Source of the DNA: Hydrolagus colliei
Taxonomy: Eukaryota
Assembly: GCA_035084275.1 (NCBI GenBank)
Contig: CM068744.1
Coordinates: 4,774,001 to 4,838,000 of the forward strand
DNA length: 64,000 bases
Direction: 5' to 3'
A model generated the notes under the pieces. It was given only the letters and a program-made list of their open reading frames with translations, was not told the DNA's origin and did no database searches. The position numbers were made by a program, and so were the translations under genes. Positions 11,149-25,714 of the stretch are shown here, in pieces; the first letter of the stretch is position 1; every line of letters begins with the position of its first letter.

Positions 11149-13214
11149 AACATTGTAGCCTATTGCTGTACAACACCAGAAAAGACAATTTTGGTCTTCT
11201 GCCTGGTTGATTATCTAAAGAAAATGCTTTGCTAACTTTCAATCCCACAACCTCCAAAAAACAGACTGTCTATTTAAAATACCCATATACTGTATATCTG
11301 CTGTACACCGGGAACAAGCACTTCGACCAAGGAATGGTGTGTGGAATGTGGACACGTAGTCACAAAAAATAAGGAAAATGAAAACAATTAACTATCCCAA
11401 ATGTCTAAAATAGTTTCCTATTCCTAACATTAAAATAGTGGATACAGCAAAGCTCCATTGACAGGGCACACTAACACCACATTAACGGTGCCTTTAATGG
11501 GCAGTATTCCCAGTTTGTTGGCCGCACTAATGTATATTCAAAGTACAATTTACAGAAGATTTAAATATTTAACCAGCCTTCTGATTCTATATCACATGGA
11601 TGAATAACGTTGTTCTGAAGTTTCTAAACTGGACTCACATCAGAACTCGAGATTGCTGTGACCCATATATTGTGATACATTTCTTCTATGTGAACAGTGA
11701 TACCATGAGACTACATTGATGTGATGTTACCCTCCAATAAGAATCTACCCTTAGAGTGGTCTAAGCCACTCATAACCTCAGAAGACAATATGATCGAGTT
11801 GGGTGAAGAAAGCTATTGTAAGTTCTGAAATCAGCTGATTTGACAATACAAACCAGTGTGCTATTTGCCTTGTTTATTGTTGCCTCACACTGTTAATATG
11901 TTAACATGGCTGAGCGATGAGTCAATCACAGCCCTAGAAAATCAATGGAATAATAAATTCAGTGGGCATCACGAACAAAAAAAAGTCTCATTGTCTCAGC
12001 TTTAAGGTTTCAAATTTTGGGTAATTTCTTTTAATTCTTTGTTTTTCAGGAAAGGCGGAAAATTGGCTTTTAAATGAAAGAATTTTTCCAAAATTCTGCA
12101 CGATCTTCAATTTTAAGAAGCTGCAGCAATGACTTGAGATAGTTGTTTTTAGATAATACAAACTGCAAGGCAACACAATTACACATAACGTTCATTTGGA
12201 CATTTCAACAATGCTTCTCTGGAAGAAATAAAAGAGTCAATAGAAGTGGGTTTTGGAAAGGATCTTACAAATTGTATAAAAACGATAAGGGAGAAATTAA
12301 ACTGAACATCCATCGGTGGAAATTTTTACTAACTGTTACTAAAATGGTCAAATAATGCAGTTAGTTAAATTGGAAAGCAATTCAACGTCTGATGAGAGGA
12401 AATCACTAAGCTATTTTTCTAAGTAAATGCCAACTTATTGAGTTGAATCAGCAGGCTTTACAGATGCATGATACAGATGGTTCCCGGGCTGCTCATTTTG
12501 AAAAGCAATCTGCTGTAAGATGTGATGATGTCACTTATAGAGTGATCTAACTCTCTGATCAGCATTTATGGGGTACTAGAGAAGCAATTTTGTGTTAAGG
12601 ATGACTGGTTGGATTCAAAAAACATTTATAACATATCTGATTTATCGGACAACCAGTAAGAAAATCTTCATCACGTGTGGTGAAAACATAAGAGAATGTT
12701 AGGATATATGTGGCACTCTGTGTTATAGTCATACGTACAAGCACACATAGATATTGAATATCCACAAATAGCTTCTATTTGTAGGAGGGAGAAGGAAAGA
12801 GGGCAGGAGATTTTGCCTGGGGTTGGGCTGGCACAAAAGAAACATGCCAACACTATATTTTACTTTGTACCCAAGTCTTTCAGTTGTTAATTAAGTTAGT
12901 CGAATACCATTTGTACCAAGTATTTCCAATTATAGGCTATGCTAACCCTAACAAAATAGAGTCAGGGTTCTTATATCCAAAACGGTTTTCCAAGTGGACA
13001 GAATAGATCTGGGGATACAGATGCAAAGATTAGAAGGACTGCTGCAGTTGGGGGAAAAAAGTCACATTGGGGCAAATAAGAAACAAGATTGTACATGTAT
13101 ATACTGTACATATGTATCTGTCTATATTTTATATTTACAAAAGTAATGAGGTGGTGCTGAATCAGTGGCAGACATGGGTTAGATGAACAATTGTGGTGGT
13201 TTGGGCACCACCAT

Positions 13215-13590
13215 TACAACAACAACAAAATTACATTTGTATAGTGCCTACTACATCAGAAGGATGTCCTAAGGCACTGAACAGTCAGTGTTTTATAACC
13301 TTTTTGGGGATCGAGGAGGGTGGAGCGAAGCAGGGGGAAGTGGGATGGGGACTGACCGATGGCACGGTCAAAGAGGTGGGACTTGAAGGAGGCTAGGGAG
13401 GGGGTGAGTTGGAGGGAGTGCGGGATGGAAAGGGATTATAGAAGGGATATCAGAGTTGAGAGGAAGTTCTCACTGTGGGACACTGCTGTGCGCAATTGGC
13501 TGCCGCGTTTCGCCCACAAATATACAGTCAAATTAAATTCACAGTGTATTCTGTGAAGCGCTTTGAGATGTCTAGAAGACGGATTATTAA
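13215..13590. mobile_element. L2 3' tail (minus) followed by SINE fragment (plus)
   Basis: ACAACAACAACAAAATTACATTTGTATAGTGCC tail near 13216; SINE core TGTGGGACACTGCTGTGCGCAATTGGCTGCCGCG near 13475. Confidence 0.7.
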
Positions 13591-14492
13591 GTTGTTGCTT
13601 GCAAAAGTGGATTTGTACTCTCTGGTTTAGAGGGGATCTAATCAAATTACTACATCAAATTACAAGAGTTGATGGGGGTGGGGTGGGGGAAGAGAGAAAA
13701 AAGATAATAATCGGCCAAACCTGTCTAAATTACTACCTGAAGCACAAACACTTTATAGAAATAGATGTTTTTACCGAAAGAGTTCATCGGACATGGAAAT
13801 GTTCCCTGAAGCTGCGTCAATTAGAAAAACATAAAAGCTAATTGCTATATATAAAAAGGACATAGAGAAGATGAAATTGGATAATAATAATAATCCTTGC
13901 ATTTGATACAGCGCTCTTCACATCTTCCAGGCATCTCAAAGCTGCAGATGGAATACACTGCAAAGTGAATCGATTGTGATGTGAGTAAGGAAGCCCAAAA
14001 GGGAGTAAATATGACAAAGACAATATAGTTCAAATAGTTTCCATCTGTGCTGAAATTTGTAGTTTACATGAATATGTGTTTTCATAGGTGTCTGAATAAG
14101 GTATCAAAATGGAAAGAAACATACACAGCAGCTCTGTATAGTTGTGTGTTTTTTACAAGGCTTACAGTTTCATGTGGTTTTGGAGACGAATGGAGCTACA
14201 ATGCTAAATAGATCCAGCTTTATGTTTTACTGACATGCTAGTGATAACACTGCAATTGCTGAACACTTTTCTGTAATGCAGACTTACTGCGTTTGAAAAT
14301 AACGGTGATGGATTTTGGTGAGCGGCCAAAGACTTCTATTAGATTTCCTCTTAATCTGTCTAATCCATCTGTAGTTTTATAGGCATTTCATTAGAACTAT
14401 ATTCTCATGTTGATGGCATCTTAAGAAAAGTTTATTTTCCCCCAGTGTCCTGACCATTCATCCTCCAGATAACCAAGCTGTGAAACATTGTT

Positions 14493-14578
14493 GTTAGGTG
14501 AGTATTTGCAGGTTAGGTGAGTATTTGCAGGTTAGGTGAGTATTTGCAGGTTAGGTGAGTATTTGCAGGTTAGGTGAG
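14493..14578. repeat. 19-bp minisatellite GTTAGGTGAGTATTTGCAG x4.5
   Basis: Perfect tandem copies. Confidence 0.95.
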
Positions 14579-15636
14579 ATGCTCACAGATGCTCTTTGAG
14601 ACAACCTCTTGATGTGAAACGTGCTACAGTATAACCAATGAAAGGATCATTTGTATTATTTCCCTTTTCACCATCACAGTGGACCTATACTAGACTGTCT
14701 CCATAGTGAGCAGATCTATTTCTTTCATTTAAAACCTTTTATTTTTGGAAAACACTGAAACAGTTGTCAATGCATCAACCCCTGGGCCACACCTTGAAAC
14801 CTCCCTTGCTGAGAGTTAAACCATCCCAAATTATTTTCTGGTGCTAATAGGTGTAATTCAGAGAGAGTATAACAGCACTCAACCTACTTCTCTTAGCAAA
14901 TTGCACAGGCTTCTAACTGTGGTGGATAAATACACTCCTATCAGTTAGAATTAATTTGGACCCCACAGCGTATTGAATGTCTTGGATATTTAAACCTACT
15001 GTATTAATATCATCTTGTACGGTCTCTGCAATTTTAGTCAAACCTGCTTTTAGCCACTTCCATTTTGTTTTCTCTACTCTGTATTTCTAAATTCACAGTA
15101 AGGCACTTACCCATTTTTTCCCCAAGCAAAACATATGCTTAAGAGTGTGCAGAGAGCAATAATTTTGTTCTGATCAAGTGAAGGTAACTGTGCCGCAAAA
15201 CGTTTCTGAAGTCATATCAGCATCAAGCTGGAGTTGACTAATGTGTGTTCTACAATGTTCAGAAAATCTGACTCCTCAAATGCCTCATTGTCTTACAATT
15301 TTAGAATGTGCAGAAGTTTAGAAAATTCTTAAATTGAGCCTTAATTTGGAAACTTTGCTGCAGTTCTTTTTCAGATCAGTTTCCAAATTGAGACTCAATT
15401 TAACAATTATCTCCAATTTTTGGACAATTAGACATGTTAACTTAATGGTTCTACAGCTGAGAATCTGTGAATGTATAATTTTGGTTTACTCCGTGATTGG
15501 TTGTCTTATTTTGATGTATTGTTTGATTTTTGAAGGCCATCCTGACATTTGACTCCAAAAGTGCTGATCACATTCTGATAACTTACTCAAGTGACTGTTC
15601 TTCATGCATGAGGTTAAATAGTGAGTGCCATCGGGC

Positions 15637-16327
15637 TAGGGAACGGCGATATATCGATATATCGCTAAAGCCCGATATATTTTTCATATCGATATGCCGG
15701 TATAGACATTTTTAAAATATCGATATATCGAAAAAACGATATATCGAGGTAAAAAATCGGGATGCGAGCACACTGAACTACAAGACCCAGAATGCTCATC
15801 TCTTTTCACAATGCACAGACCGAGATGCAAAGCCGCCATATTGTATTCACAGTCCTCGAATACAATATACAGGTATGCAAGGGCTGGGGGGTGAGAGAGA
15901 CGGCTGTGGGTGGGGGGGAGAGAGACGGCTGGGGGGGGGGGGGAGGGAGAAAGAGACGGCTGGGGGTGGGGAAGAGAGATGACGGGGGTGGGGGGTGCGA
16001 GAGAGGGGCGGGGGGGGGGGGGTGGGGGGAGGAGAGAGACGGGGTGGATGTGATAATATACAGATAGATAGAGATGGGGGGGATGTGAGAGAGGAGAGAG
16101 ACACACAGACACACAGACAGAAAAACAGAGATGGAGAGAGTGAGAGAAAGATATTTGCCTCCTGAGAAGATAGGCCCTGAATGCGCGCGCTCCCGGAATG
16201 CGCGCGCACTCCGATGCGCGCGCGCATGCGCAGTACGAAAAACCCGAAAATGTCGATAGATCGGTATATGTCGATATGAGCCAACCGATATATCCATATC
16301 GGGAAATTCCCAGATCGCCGTTCCCTA
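15637..16327. mobile_element. Non-autonomous hAT DNA transposon (691 bp)
   Basis: Perfect 14-bp TIR TAGGGAACGGCGAT / ATCGCCGTTCCCTA. 8-bp TSD CATCGGGC at 15629-15636 and 16328-16335. Subterminal CGATAT repeats. Confidence 0.93.
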
Positions 16328-19300
16328 CATCGGGCTATCTGTCTTAAATGGGTATCATCGCCAAGACAGATTCTGTTTTCACAACACTTTCCTACAGAGC
16401 TCATCACATAATGATCAGAAATGAGAACACTTTTTTTGGCCCTAGTTCAGAAGTATTGTGGCTGAATTTCTCACATGATTTGGGCTTTACTGATTGAGGA
16501 TCAGACGTTACCCATTATTAGGTACATCTTCAAAAAGATACTGCCTCTTTAATGGTTGCTTCATCAACAGTGAGTGCCTCCATATAGTGCATTTCACTGA
16601 CAATGGATCCAGGTTATTAATGAATATGTGCCCACCTTTATGCCAGAGTAGATGCAAAGAAAGAGGAAGAGTTGTATTACATTATTTAATCATGCCCAGG
16701 TACAAAACATCCTATTCTTCACCATTAACAGTAATTTGAGTTGCAAAGGGCAATTTCAGGACAAAGATTAGGAAGATTTTCTCTAGCCTGATTATAGACT
16801 GGAAATATTTTCCAGGAAGGGTGGTTGCGACCAGGATATTGGACTTGTTTAAAAAACAGCTTGATGTGATGATGAGACGGCAGTTGTGTGAGTAATCAGA
16901 AGGGATGAGATTAGATTAGGCATAAAGGGTCTTCCACTGATCCAATTTGTGTCTTGACTTATGATCATGAATTGGGTTTGGAAATTTAACTAACTTTGGA
17001 AGACAATTGACGTTTTTAAAAATTGAACTTATTATTTGGGAGCCAGAAATTAGAATGACTGGTGACTGTGTCGAGGGAAATCTTTATTTCCTTATCTGGT
17101 CTTGGCCCAACTATTTGTAGCCATGCAAAGCTTCCTGTCTATGAGTCAGGCATTGCTGCAGTAGAGTATCCCTAGGAAATGAAAAGGTTATAAAAGAGCA
17201 TTTTTCAAAATTAAATTATGTATGAATACCGACAGACTGGCTTAAGGTGACAAATCCTTTTCTGCAGTGATATTGTAGTGTGAAAAGATTGGCCCGTGTT
17301 AAATATTCAGGTTAGTTTGGACAAATGTAATTTCGAATTACGGGGATGTGAACACAAGCGAAGAAACTTGCTATCTCTCTATCCTCCTCTCAAACCCCCT
17401 CACACTACTTCACATTATATTGATTGCAGCAGCTACGTTGCTATGGGGAGGACAGCAATCTTCTACACTCTAAGGGAGGGGAATCCAACCGAGAATCCCC
17501 CCCCACCAATTACTCCTCATCACCTCCTAAGCCAATATTCTTAAGAGACCAGGAACAATGTCTTAGAATATAAGTAGAGAAGAAGACCATTCAGCCCCTC
17601 GAGCACAATAGAGTACTGAAAGTTGTGTTGCTAAGGTTACCCTACTGGATGTCTGATCAATATCAACGTTGTAGTTTTCTTGCAGAATTGACAATCGGAC
17701 TGAAACTGAGATCATGATTCCTATCAATTGTGGACAGTAAATGAGGTCCTGCCTTCCACTGCTGCTACAGATGGCAGCAATGCGTCAACAGTTTTGACTC
17801 CAGGCCTTTTGTGAACGAAATGAGGAAGCTGCAGCAATCCTGGAGGAAGAGCAGTCAACCGTGAACCCAAATTAGTAACTTCATTGCAGAATAAGCACTG
17901 TGAAGAGACAGTGGTACAGAGATTACAATCATGCAGTGAGCTTTCCTGTAGTAATAAGAATATCCACAGCCTGGAATTCTGCATTCATATAGTGGATCAG
18001 CACTAAATACAACTTTCCTGGTAGTTCAGTCAGTTAAACACCATATTTAGACCAGCGGTTCATTCAGATTTTCAATCTTTTAAGTCATCTAAGTTTAAGT
18101 CATCTAAGAACGTGGACGAGAAAGAGAGAAGTAAATGGAGTCTTGTTGGGGCTACATTTAAATGAATTGGGATTGAACTCGACTGAAGATTCAGTTCTGG
18201 AACAGTCAGACAGGTTTGCAGTAATCTAGTGCATTGTTCATCGATATGGCAGTCACATTAAAGAGACTTTTAACTGGTTCTTAGCTTTGTCAACTGATGG
18301 CCAAATAGCTGAGCCTCGTCGAGATGGACGAGAAAAACTGCAAACCTCATCAGTGCTTCATTTGGAACGTTGGGTGCTTACCATGATATCAAGGAAATTG
18401 AAATGAATTTTCCCCGCAACTCCACTTAACAGTATATTCTGTGAAGCGCTTTGAGACATCTCAACAAAGTGGTAAAACGGTATATCAAATGCAAGGATTA
18501 TTATTATTTTTATAGAAACACAAACTTGTTCTTGTGAAATAGTTAGCCAGGTAAATTGTGGAAACATTATGCGAAAACATCACACATCACACTTCTTCCC
18601 CCAACCAATGCACCACTACATGTGAAGGAGTTGCCAACCATTATATCCTAACCTTTTTTTTTAAATCAAAAAAAGCAGATGGCTTGTGGGAGTATCTTTC
18701 ATCTTGCTTCCAACTACAATGAAAGCTTTAGATACCAGTTAAGGTTTCTTCTTAAAATATAGTCGATGACAGTTATGAATTCAACACGTTAGCACACGAT
18801 GTTTACGCAGGACTCAGTGCCCTGCAGTACATCCCACATGTAACTAAATCAATCATCTAAAATAATAACATAACACAAGTTTACTGTTTCCTTATGCCAT
18901 ATGTGTGGGCTGGAAAGTTTGGTAATGTTTTGGTTACCATCATCATTAAAAAATTACCATTTTAAATGTGTGGTCACCACAATATTTTTTAAAAAATGGA
19001 ATGATAATTCTTTGTCTCTTAAGCGGGGTCTCCTTGAAGATGAACTGGCTTCAAGGTGTCTGGCAATGGAATGTCGGAATCGAGCCTCTGTGGTCTCTAG
19101 TCTGGTTCTTGAGTTGTGCGGGTCTGTGGTATTCCTGGGCACTGCTGATAACAGCACAGCCAGCCCAGCTCATGAGCCAGGTCAACAGAAAATTGCGTAA
19201 ATATGTGCCAAAAATTGTGGGGATATTTTTACAGAAAATTGTGAAGACTTTTTTTTCACAAATTTTGCAGAAAATAGCAGGGAGTTGATGGGCTATTGAA

Positions 19301-20099
19301 AGGTACATTTTTACTGCCAACCTACATTTTTCTCTCTATTGATGCAAAGTAAATATGAAGAAATAACATATTAGATTGTTAGAAAATAATGCTTTCTTTA
19401 ACAAAATCTGTGTGGGCCAGCGGAGTGGGAATGGAGGAAAAATACCAGCGTGACTACGGGGTTCCAGGAGATCTGGAACCGCCTCCTGCCTCTCGTCACG
19501 GAGGAGGGTGTTTGTAGCAAATCCGTGGAAAAATTGCAGCCACACTTTTCTACTGCCACACACTCTGGGGTCCCAACGCCTTGGCTCTTGCCAATCTGCG
19601 TCTAATATTTTCCGGAATTAGGTAAGATGGATACTCACCTCCAGGGTGAGTGTTCATTCCATTCCAACAATCTCCCCCAACCACTCCATCACACCCTTGC
19701 TTTTCTTCCTTTCTGTCTTTAAGTCCCACCTCAAATCCTATCTCTCTGAACACACCAATGGCCAACACCCCTTCCTCCCCTCCCCCTTCCTTTCTCAGAG
19801 TCTACCCATGTCCCTGTTAAGCACTCTGAGATATTTTCCTATATGAAGGACTCAAAAAAAATCTAACTTGTTTAAGACTGTGGCTTAAAAGTACTTTAAT
19901 TCATGATGTCAGTCATGGAAATATTTTTCACAACACATCGCCAAATGTGCATATCCTCTGCATCTGCATACAAATTACCCTTCTGTCAGTTTAGATTAGA
20001 CTTTAATATAGACCACTGTGATTCTCATTTTTCAGCAGAGATAATGCAGACGAGCACTATTCTTTTTTTAAATGTATAAATTGGATAAAAATTACTCAC

Positions 20100-20196
20100 C
20101 CTCTGATAAGCGTTCCTTCCAGCCCTGGGCCGCAGAAGTGAAGAATTCATTATTCAGTGCAGAGGTACTCAAACGCATCAAACCATCTGTACCCAC
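20100..20196 (-). CDS. ASXL2: ASXL2 exon, DEUBAD with NEF motif
   Basis: tgatag|GTG ... GAG G|gtgagt. Encodes [32 protein letters not shown]. 97 nt. Confidence 0.96.
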
Positions 20197-22200
20197 CTAT
20201 CAGAAAAATTCAAACAAACATTAGCAAAAGTGTCACGAAAGCAGCTTCTGCTACAATCCCTACAAAAAGATAACAACATGTACGCACCGCATTTAAATAG
20301 GATAGAAACAAGATCATGAGCATACAATTTCCTTTTAATTTACATGTGTTAATCACATTTTCAATCCAGTTCTTTCACCCTGTGTTGTTGCTTTCACGCA
20401 TCCTCTTCCTGCCACCATGGCACAGCAAGAAAACATTGTGTTGCCAGCAGGACTCATATGGGGGAGGCTGATGCCCCAGACTGGAACTTCATTGGGTGAT
20501 TAAAAAGTATTTTGGAATCAACAATGAGGCCATTTGTGCATGATCTCTAGAGAAGCTTTTTAATATTCCATACTAGCCTACAAAATTCACAGTTACTACA
20601 CATTACAGTGGCTTTATAGCATAAACTACTTGGATGCTCAAACTGGCTGAGCCAGTGCACAACCTCCATGGCCTTGCCCCACTATACCTTTACAACCTCC
20701 TCAAATCTGGTTTCTCTGTCCGCTCAGCAAAAACTGACATCCCCCACCCCACTCTCGGTGGTCAGGCTTTCAGTGTTTCTGCTCCCACTCTCTGGAACTC
20801 CAGCCTGAATTGACTTTGGCTCACCCCTTCCCTCGCCTCAGGTCCTTGACTTCACTTTTGGTGTTTCTCCTGCCTCACCTCCCACTCCCTCAGAGCAACA
20901 CAACAACAACAACTTTGATTTATATAGCGCCCTCCACGCCGGACGGAGTCTCAGAGCGCTTAAGATCGTCTTAAGACAGCGTCTCAGAGCAAGCACTGTT
21001 GCACACAACAAAATCCCACAAACAGTATTCATATGCTTAAAATGTAACTGCTATTGGTAAATCATAGTTCTGAATCTGGAGACAAGACGATGTACATGGG
21101 AGCCATCTTATATTACATTCATGATTTTTTTGACATAAATTCTTCTGGCTTATTTACAACCCGGTTAATATGGAACCCTTTTAACGTCAGTGTGAGATTT
21201 GCCAACGCAGGTTGGCAAAATGACAGAGGTCTACATCTCTGATCAGAAGCAGTAATTAACTTGTCCATTAATGCTTCCTAGGTCAGAAAATGTATTAACA
21301 GGTGCAGAATGTCCTCAATTATATGGTGTTGCCACAGCTCTCACATTGATACATGATGTTATGCACTCTTATATACTGTACAGTAAAGCAGAATCTTAGG
21401 AAATCCTCTGTGTGAAAAGCGCTACATAAATTAAAATGTGCATTGTACATTTACTTTACTGGTTTATTCAATCATATTCACTTACATTTTTTTCTAAACA
21501 AAAAGTTTCTTCATCCAATCTTAGTTTGTTCATTTTAACCTATGTTTCATCTGTTAAACATGCACCTAGTTTAGGCATGTCATATTATTACAGGTTATGA
21601 CAAGTAGAGAGAGTTCTAATTCACTTCATTTTGTAGGTAATCCTCTTAATCCCACTTCCTTTTGGGGGTTTTCTTTTATCTCATGTGCTTTGTATCTGTG
21701 AGTCCATCAAACAGTGCATGCACTTTCATCTACACTACAGAGAATATAAAGGGGTTTGAAACTGCTTTGTTCATTAAGACGAGTCACCTCATCAAGGGGA
21801 AGTCTGTGCAAATTCTTGCAAGGACGGACAAATCAATTTTTCATATAGCAGGTTTACATCTGTGCGTAGTATCACAGAAATTACACCACAGAACAAGGTT
21901 CACTCAGACCTTCAAGTTTATTTATGCTGGAACTAATTTCTCTACTACCCTGACCCCAGTTTCCTGCTTTTCCCTCAAGAAACCTTCTAAACTGGCACTT
22001 TGGCATTGCTTCCCGACGTGAAAGGCACTATACAAATGTAATTTGTTGTTGTATATTATTCATCTAATAATTTATTTCTCTTACCCCAATTCAAATTCCC
22101 TGCTCTTTTTCCAAGGACCCTTTTATACTGTACCTCAAATATTTATTCAACGTCTTTACTGTCCATTAAGTAACCCGAGTTATGTAAGTAATCAATGTCA

Positions 22201-22557
<357 letters not shown>

Positions 22558-24628
22558 TTATCAACTGTATTCAGACAAATAGTCACCAGGATCTGCACAG
22601 TCCAGCTCTACTGTTATCTTAAATGCTTAGAATTCTTACATCAGTTTTTGTTTAGCAAAAAGCTATCTGTCTTCAAAGAAAAGCAACTTCAAAATTAAGA
22701 CTCTAGTTAAGAATTTGCTCGATTCTGGAATGCATCAAATTTCCAAGGGTATAAATTTGACCCTAGAGTTAGTCGCAATTTATTTTCCAGTACTTACACC
22801 AAAGATTGATTTTAAAATCCAACATATCTTATTTCCATATTTTCATAATTTTACGATGGAAATTAACGTTGTTCCCCTCAGCGTGACAGTTGAGTGCAGA
22901 GGAATTGGGTTCGCATGAGTAAGATGTACATTCAACTGAGGTACAGCTCAACATGTGAGGCTTTGACCACCCTCTCGTCAGCAACTTTATTGTGCAGCAG
23001 TTAAAATATTTCCATTTAATACCAACCAACTTAATGTATCCTTAACGAGTCTGCAAATTCACAAGATCACAGAGGTTCAGATGAAGAAGGTGAATCAGCC
23101 ATTTGATCTCTCAATTACAGGGCAGTTTTACATTGTGGATCTGGGCTCATTTGGAAATGAGTTGGTGCTGCTCAAACTCATTACTTATTGAACACTTGTC
23201 GTGGTGCAGCTAGTTAGCACAGCAAGGAACCTGAAGTGAATTCACCTCAGAATGATGCCATTAAAGTGTTTCTCTGCAAGTTGAAAGGATCCAAAGGAAA
23301 GTGAGTTTGCTTAGTCTTAACCCCTTGAGTGCTGGAAAGTCAAAACACTCCAGTCTAGCATAACACCCAGGTGCAAAAATCTAATTTAAAATAAAATATG
23401 AAAGGCTTCTAAAACTTCTAACTGTCGTCAAGTTTTTGTTTTCACAATTTTTATTTTCTCTTCAATACAATACACAGTTTAAAATGTTATAATATCTCGC
23501 TGTACGCAGGTTTGACCGTTTCAAATCAGAATCTTCCAGAAATGAACTCTGCCAGACAAAAAGCAGATCTTTTACTCCCAATTGCAAAATTCTGCTCGTC
23601 AGTTACACATCTCATGATGAGACACGTTTTTGTGCATCACACGTACTTTAAAATAGTCATGGAGAAGAAAAGGAGTTTAAAAACCTGACATGAGTAAGTT
23701 ACGTCAAAATTTCACCCACTCCCATCATGAGCTGCACTAAGCTTTGCATGCCCACTGCCCCCACCCTTGTCAGGCTGCTAGCTCCCAGTGGATTGACTTC
23801 CATATACTCAAATCTCATCATCTTGGCAAACCCTCTTGATGTGAAAGGTGCTATATAAATGTACGTTTGTATTGCATTATATTGTAAAAGGTTCTACATC
23901 AATTCAAATTCTTGTTGCTACTATCTGCTGCCAAAGACAAGCTGTAGCATCTGGATACTTCAGTCATGTAGGAGGTACCTCTAGAATACTTCAAGTAGGT
24001 GTTTTATTGCTTACTTGATCAAGAGAATAACTCCCCAATCATTTTAATTAACAATCTTTTTTTCTGATGTGTGAAATGTCAGGTACTTGACTAACTGCAG
24101 AATTTGCAGGAATCAGCTTTATTGCAGAAAACAAAGCAGTAGTTGCATTTTTTTTCCAGAGTTAAATTTAATTTCCAGACAGTAATTAAATTGGATACAC
24201 GGTAATTTGAAAAATACAACACTGAACAATGAACGCTATCTCTGTACAGTAACATGTTACAGGATATTTCTACCTGGGCAGTGACCCATAATTAAATATC
24301 TTCAATTCAAAGTCAGGATCTGAAGTTTTACACCCCAGTCCCTTTCATTCTTAAAATCAATTTCTGGAGGATTAGGCTGCTGTACTCTTGCCACTCTTTG
24401 TTCTGGATTCCCGCCAACCAGCTGAACCACAGCCACAGTTGAGATAAAGTAAGTCACGTTTTCTTGAGACTCACGCCATTGTGAATACCTGAATATCTTC
24501 AAAATAAAAGCCTCTCCCTGTTTTTATCACCTCTCCTCTAATTTTAAGCATGACAAAAGCTGGGGTGTATACTGCAGGATGCCAGGCCCAATTTCAGCAG
24601 ATCTTGATAGAAAGATCTCTATAAGTAT

Positions 24629-24944
24629 ATAATAATAATAATAATCCTTGCATTTGATATAGTGCTTTTCATGTCTTTGAGATGTCTCAAAGCGCTTCAC
24701 AGAATATATTGTAAAGTGAATCGGTTGTGGATTCGTGGGTGAAACGCAGCACTCAATGGAGCACAACAGTGTCCCACAAACAGTCATGGCCGGAAGTGAC
24801 TAATTTATTATTTTTTTTCTTGAGGGATTATTATCAGGACTGTGGAGCAAGGTGACTTACCCAAGGTTTTGCCCTACTGGGAATCGAACCCAGGTCTCTC
24901 ATTTGCGAGGCGAGTGCTCTAAACACTGAGCTACAGGCCTCCAC
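24629..24944 (-). mobile_element. Full-length tRNA-derived SINE
   Basis: A and B boxes, Deu-like core, ATATCAAATGCAAGG(ATT)n tail. Confidence 0.9.
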
Positions 24945-25073
24945 ATGTACCAATTTGCCTTGTATGTATCATGAATGAATGCTACATGGAACTGTTGATC
25001 ATAGAAATGATTGTGCTGGCACCATGTGATTCTGGAATTTTGCATGTCAGTCTATTAATTTGTTTTGATTGTC

Positions 25074-25108
<35 letters not shown>

Positions 25109-25118
25109 TAGATAGATA
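25074..25118. repeat. (GATA)n(GACA)n compound microsatellite
   Basis: Direct reading. Confidence 0.9.
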
Positions 25119-25714
25119 AATTCCTGATGGTACTGGAGCTTTATAATCAATTACCTGTATAAGAAACAGACTCCTGAATTCTAAGTAGGAGGGAAAAATA
25201 TTTAGGTTTTTCTTTCAAAAATGAATCCATAAAAATAGCTTTTTAACAAAAACTATCACCATGAGGTCGAAATGTGAGATTTATAAAAGGATTTGTAAGT
25301 TGAAACTCCAGATGTGTTTCAAAGTAACTCAATTTGAGAACCAATCTCATTTGTGACTTCTGTCGAATAAGCTTATAACATTTCACTGTTTATAAATGAG
25401 AGTTTAACGCAATTTAGAGGCCACTAATTTACAATCTTTTTTTTTTATCAGTTCCAAACATAGATTTTTAGTCCATAGACTCCACACATATATAGTACTT
25501 CTCTGCTTGGTTTCCAGCAGGATTGTTCACAGAGGAACACCATTTCACACAGCTGGAAGACAAAACTAATTTTCTGCCCCTTCCATCCTGCTGTGGGTCT
25601 TGCAACCGACGGATGAATGAATAGCAGGACTGGAATAGGGATAATTCTTCTGCACTGATGCAGGAGTTTATGTTCTTTCTAAGCTTCAAGCTTTCCACAT
25701 CATCAATATAGAAT

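Noticed and set aside
14493-14578. CRISPR-like array
   Set aside because: Head-to-tail units with no spacers in a eukaryotic intron; it is a minisatellite.
15684-16407. Pro-rich ORFs of 142-186 aa
   Set aside because: They arise from G/C-run low complexity inside the hAT element and have no transposase motifs.
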